A program made the translations under genes and the position numbers. 64,000 bases of DNA from Octopus sinensis (lineage: Eukaryota), in the NCBI RefSeq assembly GCF_006345805.1, contig NC_043017.1:17484001-17548000 (forward strand). The letters run 5' to 3'. Under the pieces are notes generated by a model. That model did not search any database. It had not been told where the DNA came from and saw only the letters and a list, made by a program, of their open reading frames with translations. The stretch's first letter is position 1. Each line of letters opens with the position of its first letter. This document shows positions 12,901 to 22,787 of the stretch, one piece after another.

Positions 12901-15900
12901 ATACTTGCCCTACATGTCACTCAGTAGAATTGAACCCTCAATCACATGCTTGTGTAGTAAACTCCATATGGCTATGTCCATGAGTGCATTAGTTCCAAAA
13001 TAAAGGCAACCCTAAAATACTTACAAACCACCATACTTGTTGTAATAAAGGGTTCTTCCATCTAACGTCTGGAAGTCAGTGAAGAGAGGATGCAACTTAT
13101 TGGCTGAAAGAGAAAAAAATAGTTCTTTTTTTCAAAAATAATACTTATGGCAGACAGAGTGTGTGTGTGAGAGAGAGAAAGAGAGAGATAATCATCATCA
13201 TCATTTAGCATCTGTTCTCTGTGCTGGCGTGGGTTGAATAGTTTGACAAAAGCAGGCAAGTTCTTTCATCTGTTTTGGTATAGTTTTTCTATGGCTGGAT
13301 GCCCTTCCTAATTTCCAACCACTTTACAGTGTGTACTGGGTGCTTTTTTTCATGGCACCACCACTGGTGGGGGTCACTAAGTAACTTGCAAGACAAGACA
13401 AAAGAGTCCCTTTGAACATATACATATATGAAGCGATGAAACACAAAGTTAACCATAATGGGGTTTGAACTTGGAGTGTTGCAGAGAACCTGCACAAACA
13501 CCACAAAGCATTTCTTCTATCTGACACTCTAACAACTCTGTTAATCTGATGCATCAATTCATAGTTGGAAAGGATATTATTCAGGAAGAGCTTCATCCAG
13601 AAAACACTAAGATTCAGTAAGAGAGGGTACCTGTTTCTTTACTACCCACAAGGGGTTAAACACAGAGGGGACAAACAAGGACAGACAAACGGATTAAGTC
13701 GATTACATCGACCCCAGTGTGTAACTGGTACTTTAGTTATCGACCCCAAAAGGATGAAACGAATTAAGTCGATTACATCGACCCCAGTGTGTAACTGGTA
13801 CTTTATTTATCGACCCCAAAAAGGATGAAAGGCAAAGTCAACCTCGGCGGAATTTGAACTCAGAACGTAGCGGCAGAAGAAATACGGCTATACATTTTGT
13901 CCGGCATGCTAATGCTTCTGCCAGCTCGTCACCTTTACTAAGAGAAGGTACCATCCAGTTGTCAAAACAACTTTTCCAAGAATGAAATAATCTGGCCTGT
14001 GATATCATGAAATATATTGATATATTGGGTCGAGTTGTAAATAATTTCTGCTTTTTGGAAGTAAATTGTAAGAACGCATTTCGAACTTCAGCTATTTAAA
14101 ATTGAAATGGAAACTACCATTTTTAAAAGAGCCTCATCTGTCATTCATATTCAAGCAGTGAAAGCATGCACATCATATTTTAATATTAAATTTCACTCCC
14201 CTAAAATGGATGAACTCTCTCTCTCTTTCGGAGAGGCACTGAGCAGCTATACGCACACATACACACACGGCAGTAACTTCCACCAACCGAATTCAATCAC
14301 AAAGCTTCGGTCGGCTCAGGGCTATAGTGGAAGATACCTACCCAAAGTGCCATGCAGTGGGACTGAACCCGAAACCATGTAGCTAGGAAGCAAGCTCCCT
14401 AACCACACAGCCATGCCCGAAAGTGCATATTTGATATGTGATGATGCGGGAGTTTAAGAATGGAAAAAACACTATGGAATATCTAAGAAAATATACAGTG
14501 ATCATGGCTAAGGTGTCATTACTGACCAGCAAGTGCAGAATTGGTTTCAAAGCTTTGTTCTGGAGATTTGTCATTGAGAAATCGACTCAAACCAGGACGC
14601 TCAACAGACTTCAATCAAGATGCTTTCAGAGAATTCGTGGAATTCAATCCTCATAAAAGTACTCAGGAGTACTGACTTCAACATATCCTAATCCATCATC
14701 TGCTGCCACTCAGAAAAGATAGGAAAAACCAGCAAACTGGGTGTTTGGGTTCTCCATATGCCTATTGAGAAGAATAGGGAGGATTGCATGTCCATAGTGA
14801 CAAGTTTTCTTTTAGGGCAGAGAAATATCCTGTTTCTCAATAATATCATTACAGCTGATGAAAAATGGGTCTTTTATGACAATGTTCAATGCAAAAGGCA
14901 GTGGATTGTCAAGGATAAATCTTCACAACCTACTTCAAAGGCTAAGCTCTATGGAAGGAAGGTTACGTTGTATGGTCGGATCACCGCAGTATTATTCATT
15001 TTGAGTTTTTAAACTGCAATCGAACGCTAAATTCTGACTTATACTCTCAAAAGTTGCAATGTGTGCATGAAAATCTCTTAAGAAAACGTCCTGCACTCGT
15101 CAATAGGAGAAATGTTGTGCTTCTCCATGATAATGCAAGACCACCATTCAGCAAGAGTTACGCAGGATAAAATATTGGATTTGGACTGGTCTGTTGTACC
15201 CCATCCCCATCAATCATATTTACCAAGATCTTGCACCAACTGATTTCCATCTTTCTCACTCTCTGATGAGGAAAACATTTTCTCATGAAGATCAAGTGAA
15301 GACACATGTGGAAAGCTTCTTTACCAACTGAATTTTACTTGAGAGGAATCAAAAAGCTACCTGATAAATGGCAAGAGGTCATTCGAGCGTGATCGTTACC
15401 AACATCGCCTTACTGGCACCCTTGCCGGTGGCATGTGTAAAAAGATTCGAGTGAGGTCATTGCCAGTACCGCCTGACTGGTCCCCGTGCTGGTGGCATGT
15501 AAAAAGCACCCACTACACTCTCGGAGTGGTTGGCATTAGGAAGAGCATCCAGCTGTAGAAACTCTGCCAGATCTAGACTGGAGCCTGGTGCAGCCATCTG
15601 GTTCGCCAGCCCTCAGTCAAAATCGTCCAACCCATGCTAGCATGGAAAGTGGACGTTAAACGATGATGATGATGATACTGAAGATTGAAAATAATTCTTT
15701 GTAAAGTTTTTTCATGAGAAAAGGTGTTTAACAAAATCGGAAATTATTTATGACTCAACACAATAAAACAATAAAAAAATTTTAAATTACAGAAGGATAT
15801 AAGAAAGATTTCTTTTGAGATTCTCACCATTTTCTTGATAATTTGTAGTTTCTTGTTTCAACATCCAAGTCACAGATTTTTTCTGGTAATTCCGAAGAAA

Positions 15901-17914
15901 TGGTTTTAATGCTGCAGGTTGGAGATCTTCACTGACATCTAGTGGGTTCCTCTGATGGATCTTATGTATCTCATTGAAAAGTTCCTCAATATCTGGTTTA
16001 ATGGTTGCAATGCTGCTGTCAAAAGCTGTAAATTTACAAAATCATAAATTAACCCTTTTAATGCAAAAATCACATATACATCTACTCAAAATTTCATTAC
16101 CCTTAACTTCAGAAAGCAGTTTTATCTACCAGTCTATTTTTTGTTGAAGAATGTCATGTTTGAAACTATGTTGCTATAAACTCTAACTAATGCAACCAAT
16201 GGCGGTGCCCCAGCATGGCCACAATTCGTGAGCTGAAACTAGATAAAATGAAAATGAAAATACAAAAGTAGACATTAAAATAACAAGGATAAGCTTCTTT
16301 TAGTCTCCTCTGACCAAATTCATGCACAAGACTTTGGTCAGCCTGGGGTTATAGTAGAAGATACATGCTGAAGGTGCCATGCCACACAGTGGGATTGAAC
16401 CTGAAACCATGTGGTTGGGAAGCAAACTTTGCAACCCTAGAGCTTCAATGGGGCAAATAATGAAGAGATACTCAAATTTGGGCTGGGATTGCCTATAACT
16501 AACAGTATCAACACACAACTCTGCAATTCAGTTTTAAGTGTGAGTTTTGTTTGGGGAAAAAGCAAAAGAAACCAAGAATATTTCAACTTGTGTAGACAAG
16601 GAGAGAACGCCATATCAGACATGACGAAATGAACAGAGAACAGAGTAAACTGAGAAGTCACTATAATCTCATGCATTGTGTGTGTATGAGTGTGAGTGCA
16701 ACCAAACTTAACTTAGCTTTTTTTATCTTCTAGGTCATCATCAACTTAGAAAAATTTAGGCAGAAATCTAAAACATATCTGTAATTCAAGTGTATATGAT
16801 ATACTGACACCAATCTTTTAATGGCGTAGGGACACATGGCTTAGTGGTTAGGTATTAAACTCATGCGCGTAAGATTGTGGTTTTGATTTCTGGACTGGTC
16901 AACGTGTTGTGCACTTGAGCAGAACACTTCGTTTCATGTTGTTCCAGGCCACTCAGCTGGCAAAAATGAGTAATCCTGAGATGGACCAACATCCCATCTA
17001 GTGAATATATACACCATGGAAATCAGACAATCAGTGCTATGATTATTTTAATGACTATACCTTTTAAAGGAAGTTGACCAGGGCAAAATTTGAACTCAGA
17101 ACATAAAAGTATGTAACAAATACCATAAGGTATCTCTTCCAACAGGCTACCAATCCTGTCATGCCCCACTCTCAAGAGGTGAGGGTGGTATTTAAAGCTC
17201 AGATTTCAAATATTTTTTCTACTCACTTTCTTCATGGATGTCATAGAAGTACTTCATTATTTGTTTAATAAACACAGAATTTCTTTTAATTTGAGAAGTT
17301 TCCGATGGATAGTTCAATTTAGTCAATCCAGTTTCCTTTATCAATGCATACACATCAGCAATTCCTGCATCAAAATCTATAGTAATGCACTGCATTAATA
17401 GAAGGTTGCATTTCAATGCAGTAAATACAACATCTGGTACATCAGAGCTGACTTGAATGAAATTAGCTTTAATAGGAAAACCATTCTTCCTATCCCTTTG
17501 GTCAACAGTCTCTTCGAAATAGAACATACTGCAGCCAATCTCATTGCTAACATACCAATAGACGATTTCAGAAGAGGGCAACCCAATTTCCTGTGCATAT
17601 AAATTTTGTTCAGAGTTTAACAGCTGCACTTTTAAATGGCCAATTGGAATTAGTCTCATTCCTTTCAGATTTGTTTGTAATTCAGAGAAAATATGAAGCT
17701 TTAAGAATAAATGGCAAGAATTTAAACAAAAGTTGAAGAAGTTCTCTGTTTTTTCATTTGGGAATGCATAGTTCTCACAAGAAGTTTTCTTATTTTTTTT
17801 AGCTTTTGATATTACTCTCTGATCTTCAACTGCCTTAAATTCAGATGCTTGTAATAAGTTAATAGTTGATAAGTCTGAACGGCGCTGCGGAACAACCTGC
17901 TTTCTCTTCCCCAT
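835..17914 (-). CDS. SHPRH: SHPRH E3 ubiquitin ligase / SNF2-family helicase, 5' portion (14 coding exons, about 729 codons; continues beyond the left edge of the window)
   Basis: Spliced by hand with GT-AG introns and consistent phases. It yields SNF2 motifs [29 protein letters not shown], a PHD finger, GATLIVAP...[34 protein letters not shown] and [20 protein letters not shown] inserted in the ATPase N-lobe is characteristic of SHPRH. Confidence 0.95.
1741..2113. mobile_element. Tc1-like MITE remnant
   Basis: Imperfect TIRs taggtgcagcatatatatcaaccc / gggtaaaagtatatgcaacacctg. Confidence 0.5.
2311..2376 (-). CDS. SHPRH: SHPRH coding exon 13 ([22 protein letters not shown])
   Basis: ttttcaccag acceptor, CGT|gtgagt donor; in phase with both neighbours. 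Confidence 0.85.
3765..3872 (-). CDS. SHPRH: SHPRH coding exon 12 ([27 protein letters not shown])
   Basis: ttctgtag acceptor, CAG|gtaaaa donor. Confidence 0.92.
4027..4258 (+). mobile_element. tRNA-derived SINE family A, full copy with a 19-bp TSD (other copies about 13643-13925 -, 23660-23835 -, 25496-25949 +, 41113-41342 +, 45860-46080 +)
   Basis: TSD tatatttgatagtggtggg at 4008-4026 and 4259-4277; B-box-like gagttcaaattcc. Confidence 0.88.
4698..4861 (-). CDS. SHPRH: SHPRH coding exon 11 ([19 protein letters not shown]...[13 protein letters not shown])
   Basis: tttctag acceptor, GAA|gtaagg donor. Confidence 0.92.
4944..5368 (-). mobile_element. tRNA-derived SINE family D with a 27-nt poly(A) tail (related copy about 54902-55180 -)
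   Basis: On the minus strand: A-box TGGCCCAGTGG, B-box GGTTTCGATTCC; poly(T) at 4944-4970 on the plus strand. Confidence 0.8.
6391..6469 (-). CDS. SHPRH: SHPRH coding exon 10 ([26 protein letters not shown]; motif III)
   Basis: ttctaag acceptor, G|gtaagt donor. Confidence 0.92.
6561..6892 (-). mobile_element. SINE family B with a (GAT)n tail and internal tandem repeat (copies about 8483-8872 -, 15385-15676 +, 49630-49985 -, many fragments)
   Basis: Recurrent catcatc-gtttaacgtccg-tttccatgctagcatgggttggacg end; internal repeat ggatggtgctttttacgtgccac. Confidence 0.8.
7728..7772 (-). CDS. SHPRH: SHPRH coding exon 9, 45 nt ([15 protein letters not shown]; Walker B)
   Basis: cattgcag acceptor, AAA|gtaagt donor. 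Confidence 0.92.
9032..9111 (-). CDS. SHPRH: SHPRH coding exon 8 ([26 protein letters not shown])
   Basis: tttgcag acceptor, CGG|gtaagt donor. Confidence 0.92.
9394..9520 (-). CDS. SHPRH: SHPRH coding exon 7 (VYEG...[22 protein letters not shown])
   Basis: ttgcag acceptor, T|gtaagc donor. Confidence 0.92.
10171..10650 (+). mobile_element. 3' fragment of a Penelope-like element followed by a tRNA-like/hammerhead-containing repeat
   Basis: 10179-10370 translates as [31 protein letters not shown]...SIWEPVL (GIY-YIG C-terminus-like). 10411-10650 matches 54372-54605. Confidence 0.7.
10728..10835 (-). CDS. SHPRH: SHPRH coding exon 6 ([27 protein letters not shown])
   Basis: helicase motif Ia; ttcag acceptor, |gtatgt donor. 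Confidence 0.92.
11342..11530 (-). CDS. SHPRH: SHPRH coding exon 5 (PHD finger CICG...CVMC...HGEC...CPHC)
   Basis: C4HC3 spacing; ttaaag acceptor (weak), TCA|gtaagt donor. Confidence 0.88.
12308..12482 (-). CDS. SHPRH: SHPRH coding exon 4 (helicase motif [14 protein letters not shown])
   Basis: ttattttag acceptor, CAG|gtaata donor. Confidence 0.92.
13025..13103 (-). CDS. SHPRH: SHPRH coding exon 3 ([25 protein letters not shown])
   Basis: ttctctttcag acceptor, TT|gtaagt donor; bridges phase 1 to phase 2. Confidence 0.88.
14023..15765 (+). mobile_element. Full-length decayed mariner (Tc1/mariner) with two nested SINEs
   Basis: About 33-bp imperfect TIRs (tattgggtcgagttgtaaataatttc / gaaattatttatgactcaacacaata). 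Frameshifted transposase with GVWVLH, ITADEKW, HDNARP and DLAPTDFHL-like motifs. SINEs at about 14238-14415 and 15385-15676 interrupt it. Confidence 0.88.
15828..16025 (-). CDS. SHPRH: SHPRH coding exon 2 ([16 protein letters not shown]...[20 protein letters not shown])
   Basis: acag|CT acceptor, G|gtgaga donor; SNF2 Q-motif; not in the ORF track, read manually. Confidence 0.9.
17227..17914 (-). CDS. SHPRH: SHPRH coding exon 1 ([13 protein letters not shown]...YDIHEE)
   Basis: 231-aa ORF. A ttttttcag acceptor lies 2 nt before the ATG, implying an upstream non-coding exon. Donor A|gtgagt at 17226, phase 1. Confidence 0.85.
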
Positions 17915-20067
17915 CTCTGAAAAAAAAAAATATTAAATAATATTAAATAATATAATGATTGCTAATACAAGCCTCAAATTCGGGAAAGAGGCATAGTCAA
18001 TATCAATTACAGTACTTGATTAGATCCCAGTACTCAACTTGTACTTTATTTTATCATCGACAGGAGGATGAAAAGCAAAGCTGACCTCATTAGGATTTGA
18101 ACTTAGAACATAAAGGATTGTAAATACTACATATTATTTTGTCTAGCACTCTAATGATTCCACCAATCCACCATTCTGAAAGACATTGATTTCAAATTTT
18201 GGCACAAAGCCAGCAAATTCAGGGCAGGGGGGTAAGTCGATTACATTGACCCCCACCAGTGTTCAACTGGTACTTATTTCATCAACCCTGAAAGGATGAA
18301 AGGCAAAGTCAACCTCAATAGAATTTGAACTCAGAACATAAAGACAGACGAAATGCCCAACTTACTAACGATTCTGTCAGCCCACCACCTCACCATTCTG
18401 AAACATATTAATGATGGTTTTTGTTGTAGTGATTGCTTTATATGCTAGACATGACAGCTAAATCTTCCTCAAATCACATCCTATCATCACAGAAAGACCA
18501 AGCTGGTCAAAAGCAAGTCTTTTGATCATAGAGTATCTCAGACAATGCTGAGTGCTAAAGATAACAATGAAGACTTTGATAGACTATAACTACAGTAAAG
18601 TTTTTTCAAAAGTTGTTTCATACAACCAAATCCCCAACCATGTTATAAATGATGGCAGGTGTTGGGTGGAAGACCTTTGATCATAGGCCACCTCAAAGAT
18701 GGCTTGGTGCTAAAAACAAAAGCGACTATTTTGATGGAGTATAAAAACATTAAAGTTTCCTCAAAATCTCCTTTCATATGTAACATCTCCCTCAAAATAA
18801 CACAATACTATCTTAAATTGTCATAGATACACGAAGCAGGCATGACTGTCACGATTGGACCGTCTTTGATTATATGTCTGTTCAATCATATAATTGTTGA
18901 TGAAGAACAACAATCATATGAAATTCACTAAATCTTCTCATGAAGAAATATCAATGAGGAATACAATGTTAAAGTGATAATTATTCACAATGGTAAAACT
19001 TTAAATTTGGGCAAACCAAGGATTCTTTGTAAAGGTAAATATTGGTGTTTACAGAAGAATTTGCTAAGTTCAATAAACATCATCGTTTGACAGGGCAGGT
19101 ACGAAAAATTGTGTAAGGGCCCAAAAGCGTTAGGATTCTACAACTCTCTCCTATTGACAGACAACGTCAGGAACATTACCAATGAGTTAACTTCCCTAGT
19201 AACCAGTTACTAATAAACTATTAACCGGAGTCAAAAGGTTTGAAACTGATTAATAATCCTATGTTTGAATAAAAGATGGGACGGGGCTTTAATGGTTGGA
19301 ACACCTTTGATCTGCAAGTGTAGCTATTTTGTTTCGATTGGGAGTTATTTATTAATCAACTTACCAAAGCTTGCCTAGGATTAAACAACAAAGATTTTGA
19401 TGAAATAATATTGACGGCCAAAAGTTTTTTTTACAGTTTTAGCCGAACGAACTTTTATGCAAATTACGTAAGTTTAATAACAAATCAACTAGTTAGCTTA
19501 ATGGTTATTCCCTAGTAACCAGTTGTAAAGGATTTTGAAAGAGACCGATGAAACTTTGACTAAAAGATTGATAACACTGTTATGTTTCTCCAGTTTTTTT
19601 TTTGTTTTTTTTAGAAGATTGTCCTAAAGTCAGTAACATTCGGTTCCTGAAAGAAAGTTGATAACTTCATTTAAAAAACTAAAGATGGATCCTGGTTTCT
19701 GTTTTTTTTGTTGTCAACAAACCACGAGACGAACGAATCCGGAATTGTCTCCCTTAAACTCTGTCAAATCTTGACATTTTAACAATTTTTGTTGGCTAAA
19801 AATATAGAAATATACCAAAATATAAATATCCCTGGAATGCTATATTTCAATATTATTATTTATTTTAACTTTGCTCCAAATAAAATTTAAAGAAAGTTAA
19901 AATGAACTTTAACATAACTTTATGTCTGACTAAAATATAACACAATTTCCAAATTTTTAACAGAACTTATTTGTTTGGTATACAGAAATATATCAAAATA
20001 TAAAAACATCTACACAGAAATATATCAACACAAAACATCAACAATCTTTAAAGTTGAAGGTTGATAT

Positions 20068-20699
20068 TTACTTTAACACACCTGGCCACCAAAACAAAAA
20101 AAAAACAAGTGTAAAAAATGTTTATTAAACGAATATGAGAACAAAAATTTGCGCCAACGAACTCATTATAAACATTCAATACACCTCTTCTTACCCCCAG
20201 CGCTGGCCCCCGTTTTTTTTTAATACTGTGAAACATTCCATACAGCTCTTCCTGACCGAAAGAACTCGAAGTAATTAACCGAAAATATTAAACAAACACG
20301 GTATCAGATGGCCATAAGATGTGCTAAAAACAATAGCTAAAACGCCCTTCACTTTTTTTTTTCCATAATGAAACCATATTCAACACCGCATTTATGAATT
20401 TATTTCCCTCGCCATGGTACATGTGATCTATTTTAAAACCTTTTTCTTTAACTCAAACGAAAAATAAATGAATTTAAAAATTTCATTTTCAAACTTTTTT
20501 CCATTACTCTCAAAAAATAATAAGTCCTCTCTCCAACCCTCGGAAAAAATTTTACCCACAAATTTCTTTATAATCGGTTCTTTGGCGCAAATTTTTGTTA
20601 TATTCGTTCAATACACATTTTTTTTACACCTATTACACTTTTTTTTTGTTTTGGTGGCCGAGTATTAAAGTAATGCTTACTTTAACACTCGGCCACCAA
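20068..20699. repeat. Inverted repeat (arms 20068-20172 / 20567-20673) ending in a 23-bp-arm palindrome (20651-20699)
   Basis: Manual reverse-complement alignment; both arms carry TTGGCGC. Confidence 0.75.
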
Positions 20700-20894
20700 T
20701 TTAAATATTAATTATTTTACATTCTTTAATGAAGAAGTAAATAAAATTGTTAATGCAGACATTAACGTAACTACATTTCTGTCTTTCTGACTTAAACATA
20801 ATTTTCCAACGGTCAAACTATTTCGTTTGTCAAAAAAGCATACAAAAATACACCAAAGTATAAATATATCTGGAATATTGGAAAGACTTGGGAC

Positions 20895-20904
20895 GGGCGG
20901 AAGT
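20895..20904 (+). promoter_or_regulatory. Overlapping GC-box (GGGCGG) and ETS-type (CGGAAGT) motif
   Basis: GGGCGGAAGT in otherwise very AT-rich DNA, inside a short hairpin AAGACTT...AAGTCTT. Confidence 0.35.
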
Positions 20905-21670
20905 CTTGCCGGTATATTTTTATTTTAATATTATTTATTTACATTTTTTCCTGGTACGTCGCACTTTAAAATAATTATTATACTGACGTTATACGGACTT
21001 TAATATAAATTTTCCAAGACTATCTCGGAATAATTTACTTTCATTTACCACTATATAATTTATTTATTTTAAAGTAGAACGTATCTAAAGTTGTGTTAAA
21101 ACCGATGTATTCGATCAATAGTCTTAGGGGTGACTAAATGTCTCCTAACTATCGTAATTATGAGAATTACGAAAGAGCAATATTAAAGAATAAAAACGGT
21201 TAGACATTAATTCTTCATTAAATTCGATTTCCAACATTAATAACAAACACAGAACCAAAATAACGAAGTCGGCTTAAGAACAGAATATTTCTTATTTAAA
21301 TCTACTCTTACTACAAATAATAACAAATTAGTTTTTACTCGAATGATTTCCATCTATTATTTCAATGCATATGTGTGTATAAATAAATATATATGTTTCT
21401 ATACATGTGAAATGTAAGTTACCTGCAGTATTAGGGAGATTAGTTTTATAAAATCGAACGATTACAACGACTAAATAACTGAAAATAATCCAAAATAAAT
21501 CATTGAAGCTGAAGAGTTTCTATAAAAACCTGCCATCTTTGTTATCAATTCCATTGTTTATACAGAGTTGAAAGTAATCACATCTATGAACTGCCTACAA
21601 CTTTCGTATTTTATTTTGCATTTAATAAATATATTTAAATTAAAATTTTATCAATTAATGAATTATTCGA

Positions 21671-22259
21671 GGATCTTTTCAGTTTGAACGGCAGTTTTTT
21701 TCTAGCGGTGTCATATGAAATTGTCACCCATAATTATGACCCTAGTATCGATCTATTGCATTTCAATCAGTTTTAGGGTTAGGGTTAGAGGTGGGGGGAA
21801 AGGGTATCTTTTTTTCTTCACAAATGTAAATAAACTCAATCTCTTTCTTGGATCTTTTCGGTTTGAACGGCAGTTTTTAACATAATTTCTAGGTAACTAA
21901 AAAATTTTAAACTTCGTATACTGGTAGAATGTGTTTATAAAACATCTTTTTCTCTTGGCTTTATTGAGAAAATTTTATAGTTTGTAAGATATTTGTTGTT
22001 TTTTCTTCAATTTCTGCAATTTCAACCAATCAATGACGTCCATTGAGGTAAAAAAAACATTCTGTGCCTTATGAATATGTCCCTCGTTTAAGAAACAGAT
22101 TGGGGTTATTTACATTTGTGAAGAAAAAAAGATACCCTTCCCCCACCTCTAACCCTAAAACAGATTGAAATGCAATAGATCGATACTAGGGTCATAGTTA
22201 TGGGTGACAATTTCATATGACACCGCTAGAAAAAACTGCCGTTCAAACCGAAAATATCC
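21671..22259. mobile_element. Same MITE family: a full copy (21850-22259) preceded by an inverted half copy (21671-21842)
   Basis: High similarity to 37162-37580; 21671-21842 is the reverse complement of about 22097-22259. Confidence 0.85.
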
Positions 22260-22739
22260 AAAAATACAATATGGACTGGATATAATGGAACACAGAGGTA
22301 AAGTAAGTGATATTACTTGGTGAGGCAAGTAACACCATATTCATCTTTCATTATATCATACGTTTTATTTGTTTTCCTTTGTTTTATGTCCCCAAATGTG
22401 ATGTATTGTTCCTCTTTGTTAGCCCGTTGAGGGTAATAAAGAAATAAGTTTTAATTGTTTGTTGTATTCTCACTTGATAGAGGGAACATAAGATCACTAT
22501 ACACCGGCAGCAGACTGACTTGCAAGATAATGAAAAATATCTTTGTTTATTAGTTTGGTATTCGTCAAATAAATAAATATATAAATCACAATTGTGAATG
22601 AAATTATATTTATTTTAAAATCTATCTAGCGAAATTTTCTATTTTTTTCTTCTCGTGACATTTTGTTATCACATTAACAGAAACTTTCTCACTTTTGAAA
22701 GTTTCGTATGATCCACTTCAGTCTAGTGACGACTTGGTT

Positions 22740-22787
22740 GAATTCTGGCGCCAAACCAAACAAAATAGATTTTCCAGTTTCTCTCTG
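22740..22787 (+). other. ATAD5: Candidate non-coding first exon of ATAD5 (5' boundary unknown)
   Basis: Consensus donor CTG|gtaagt at 22788, next to an E2F-type site. The start exon has an acceptor at 27392 that needs an upstream donor. Confidence 0.45.
22746..22755. promoter_or_regulatory. E2F-type site (TGGCGCCAAA; reverse = TTTGGCGC)
   Basis: Exact TTTSSCGC match 33 bp upstream of the candidate first donor. Confidence 0.45.

Noticed and set aside
14758-15012. 84-aa ORF with DEKW as an active or domesticated transposase
   Set aside because: The rest of the transposase is frameshifted and interrupted by SINEs
21773-21790. Interstitial telomere
   Set aside because: Only 2-3 units, and they are part of a MITE
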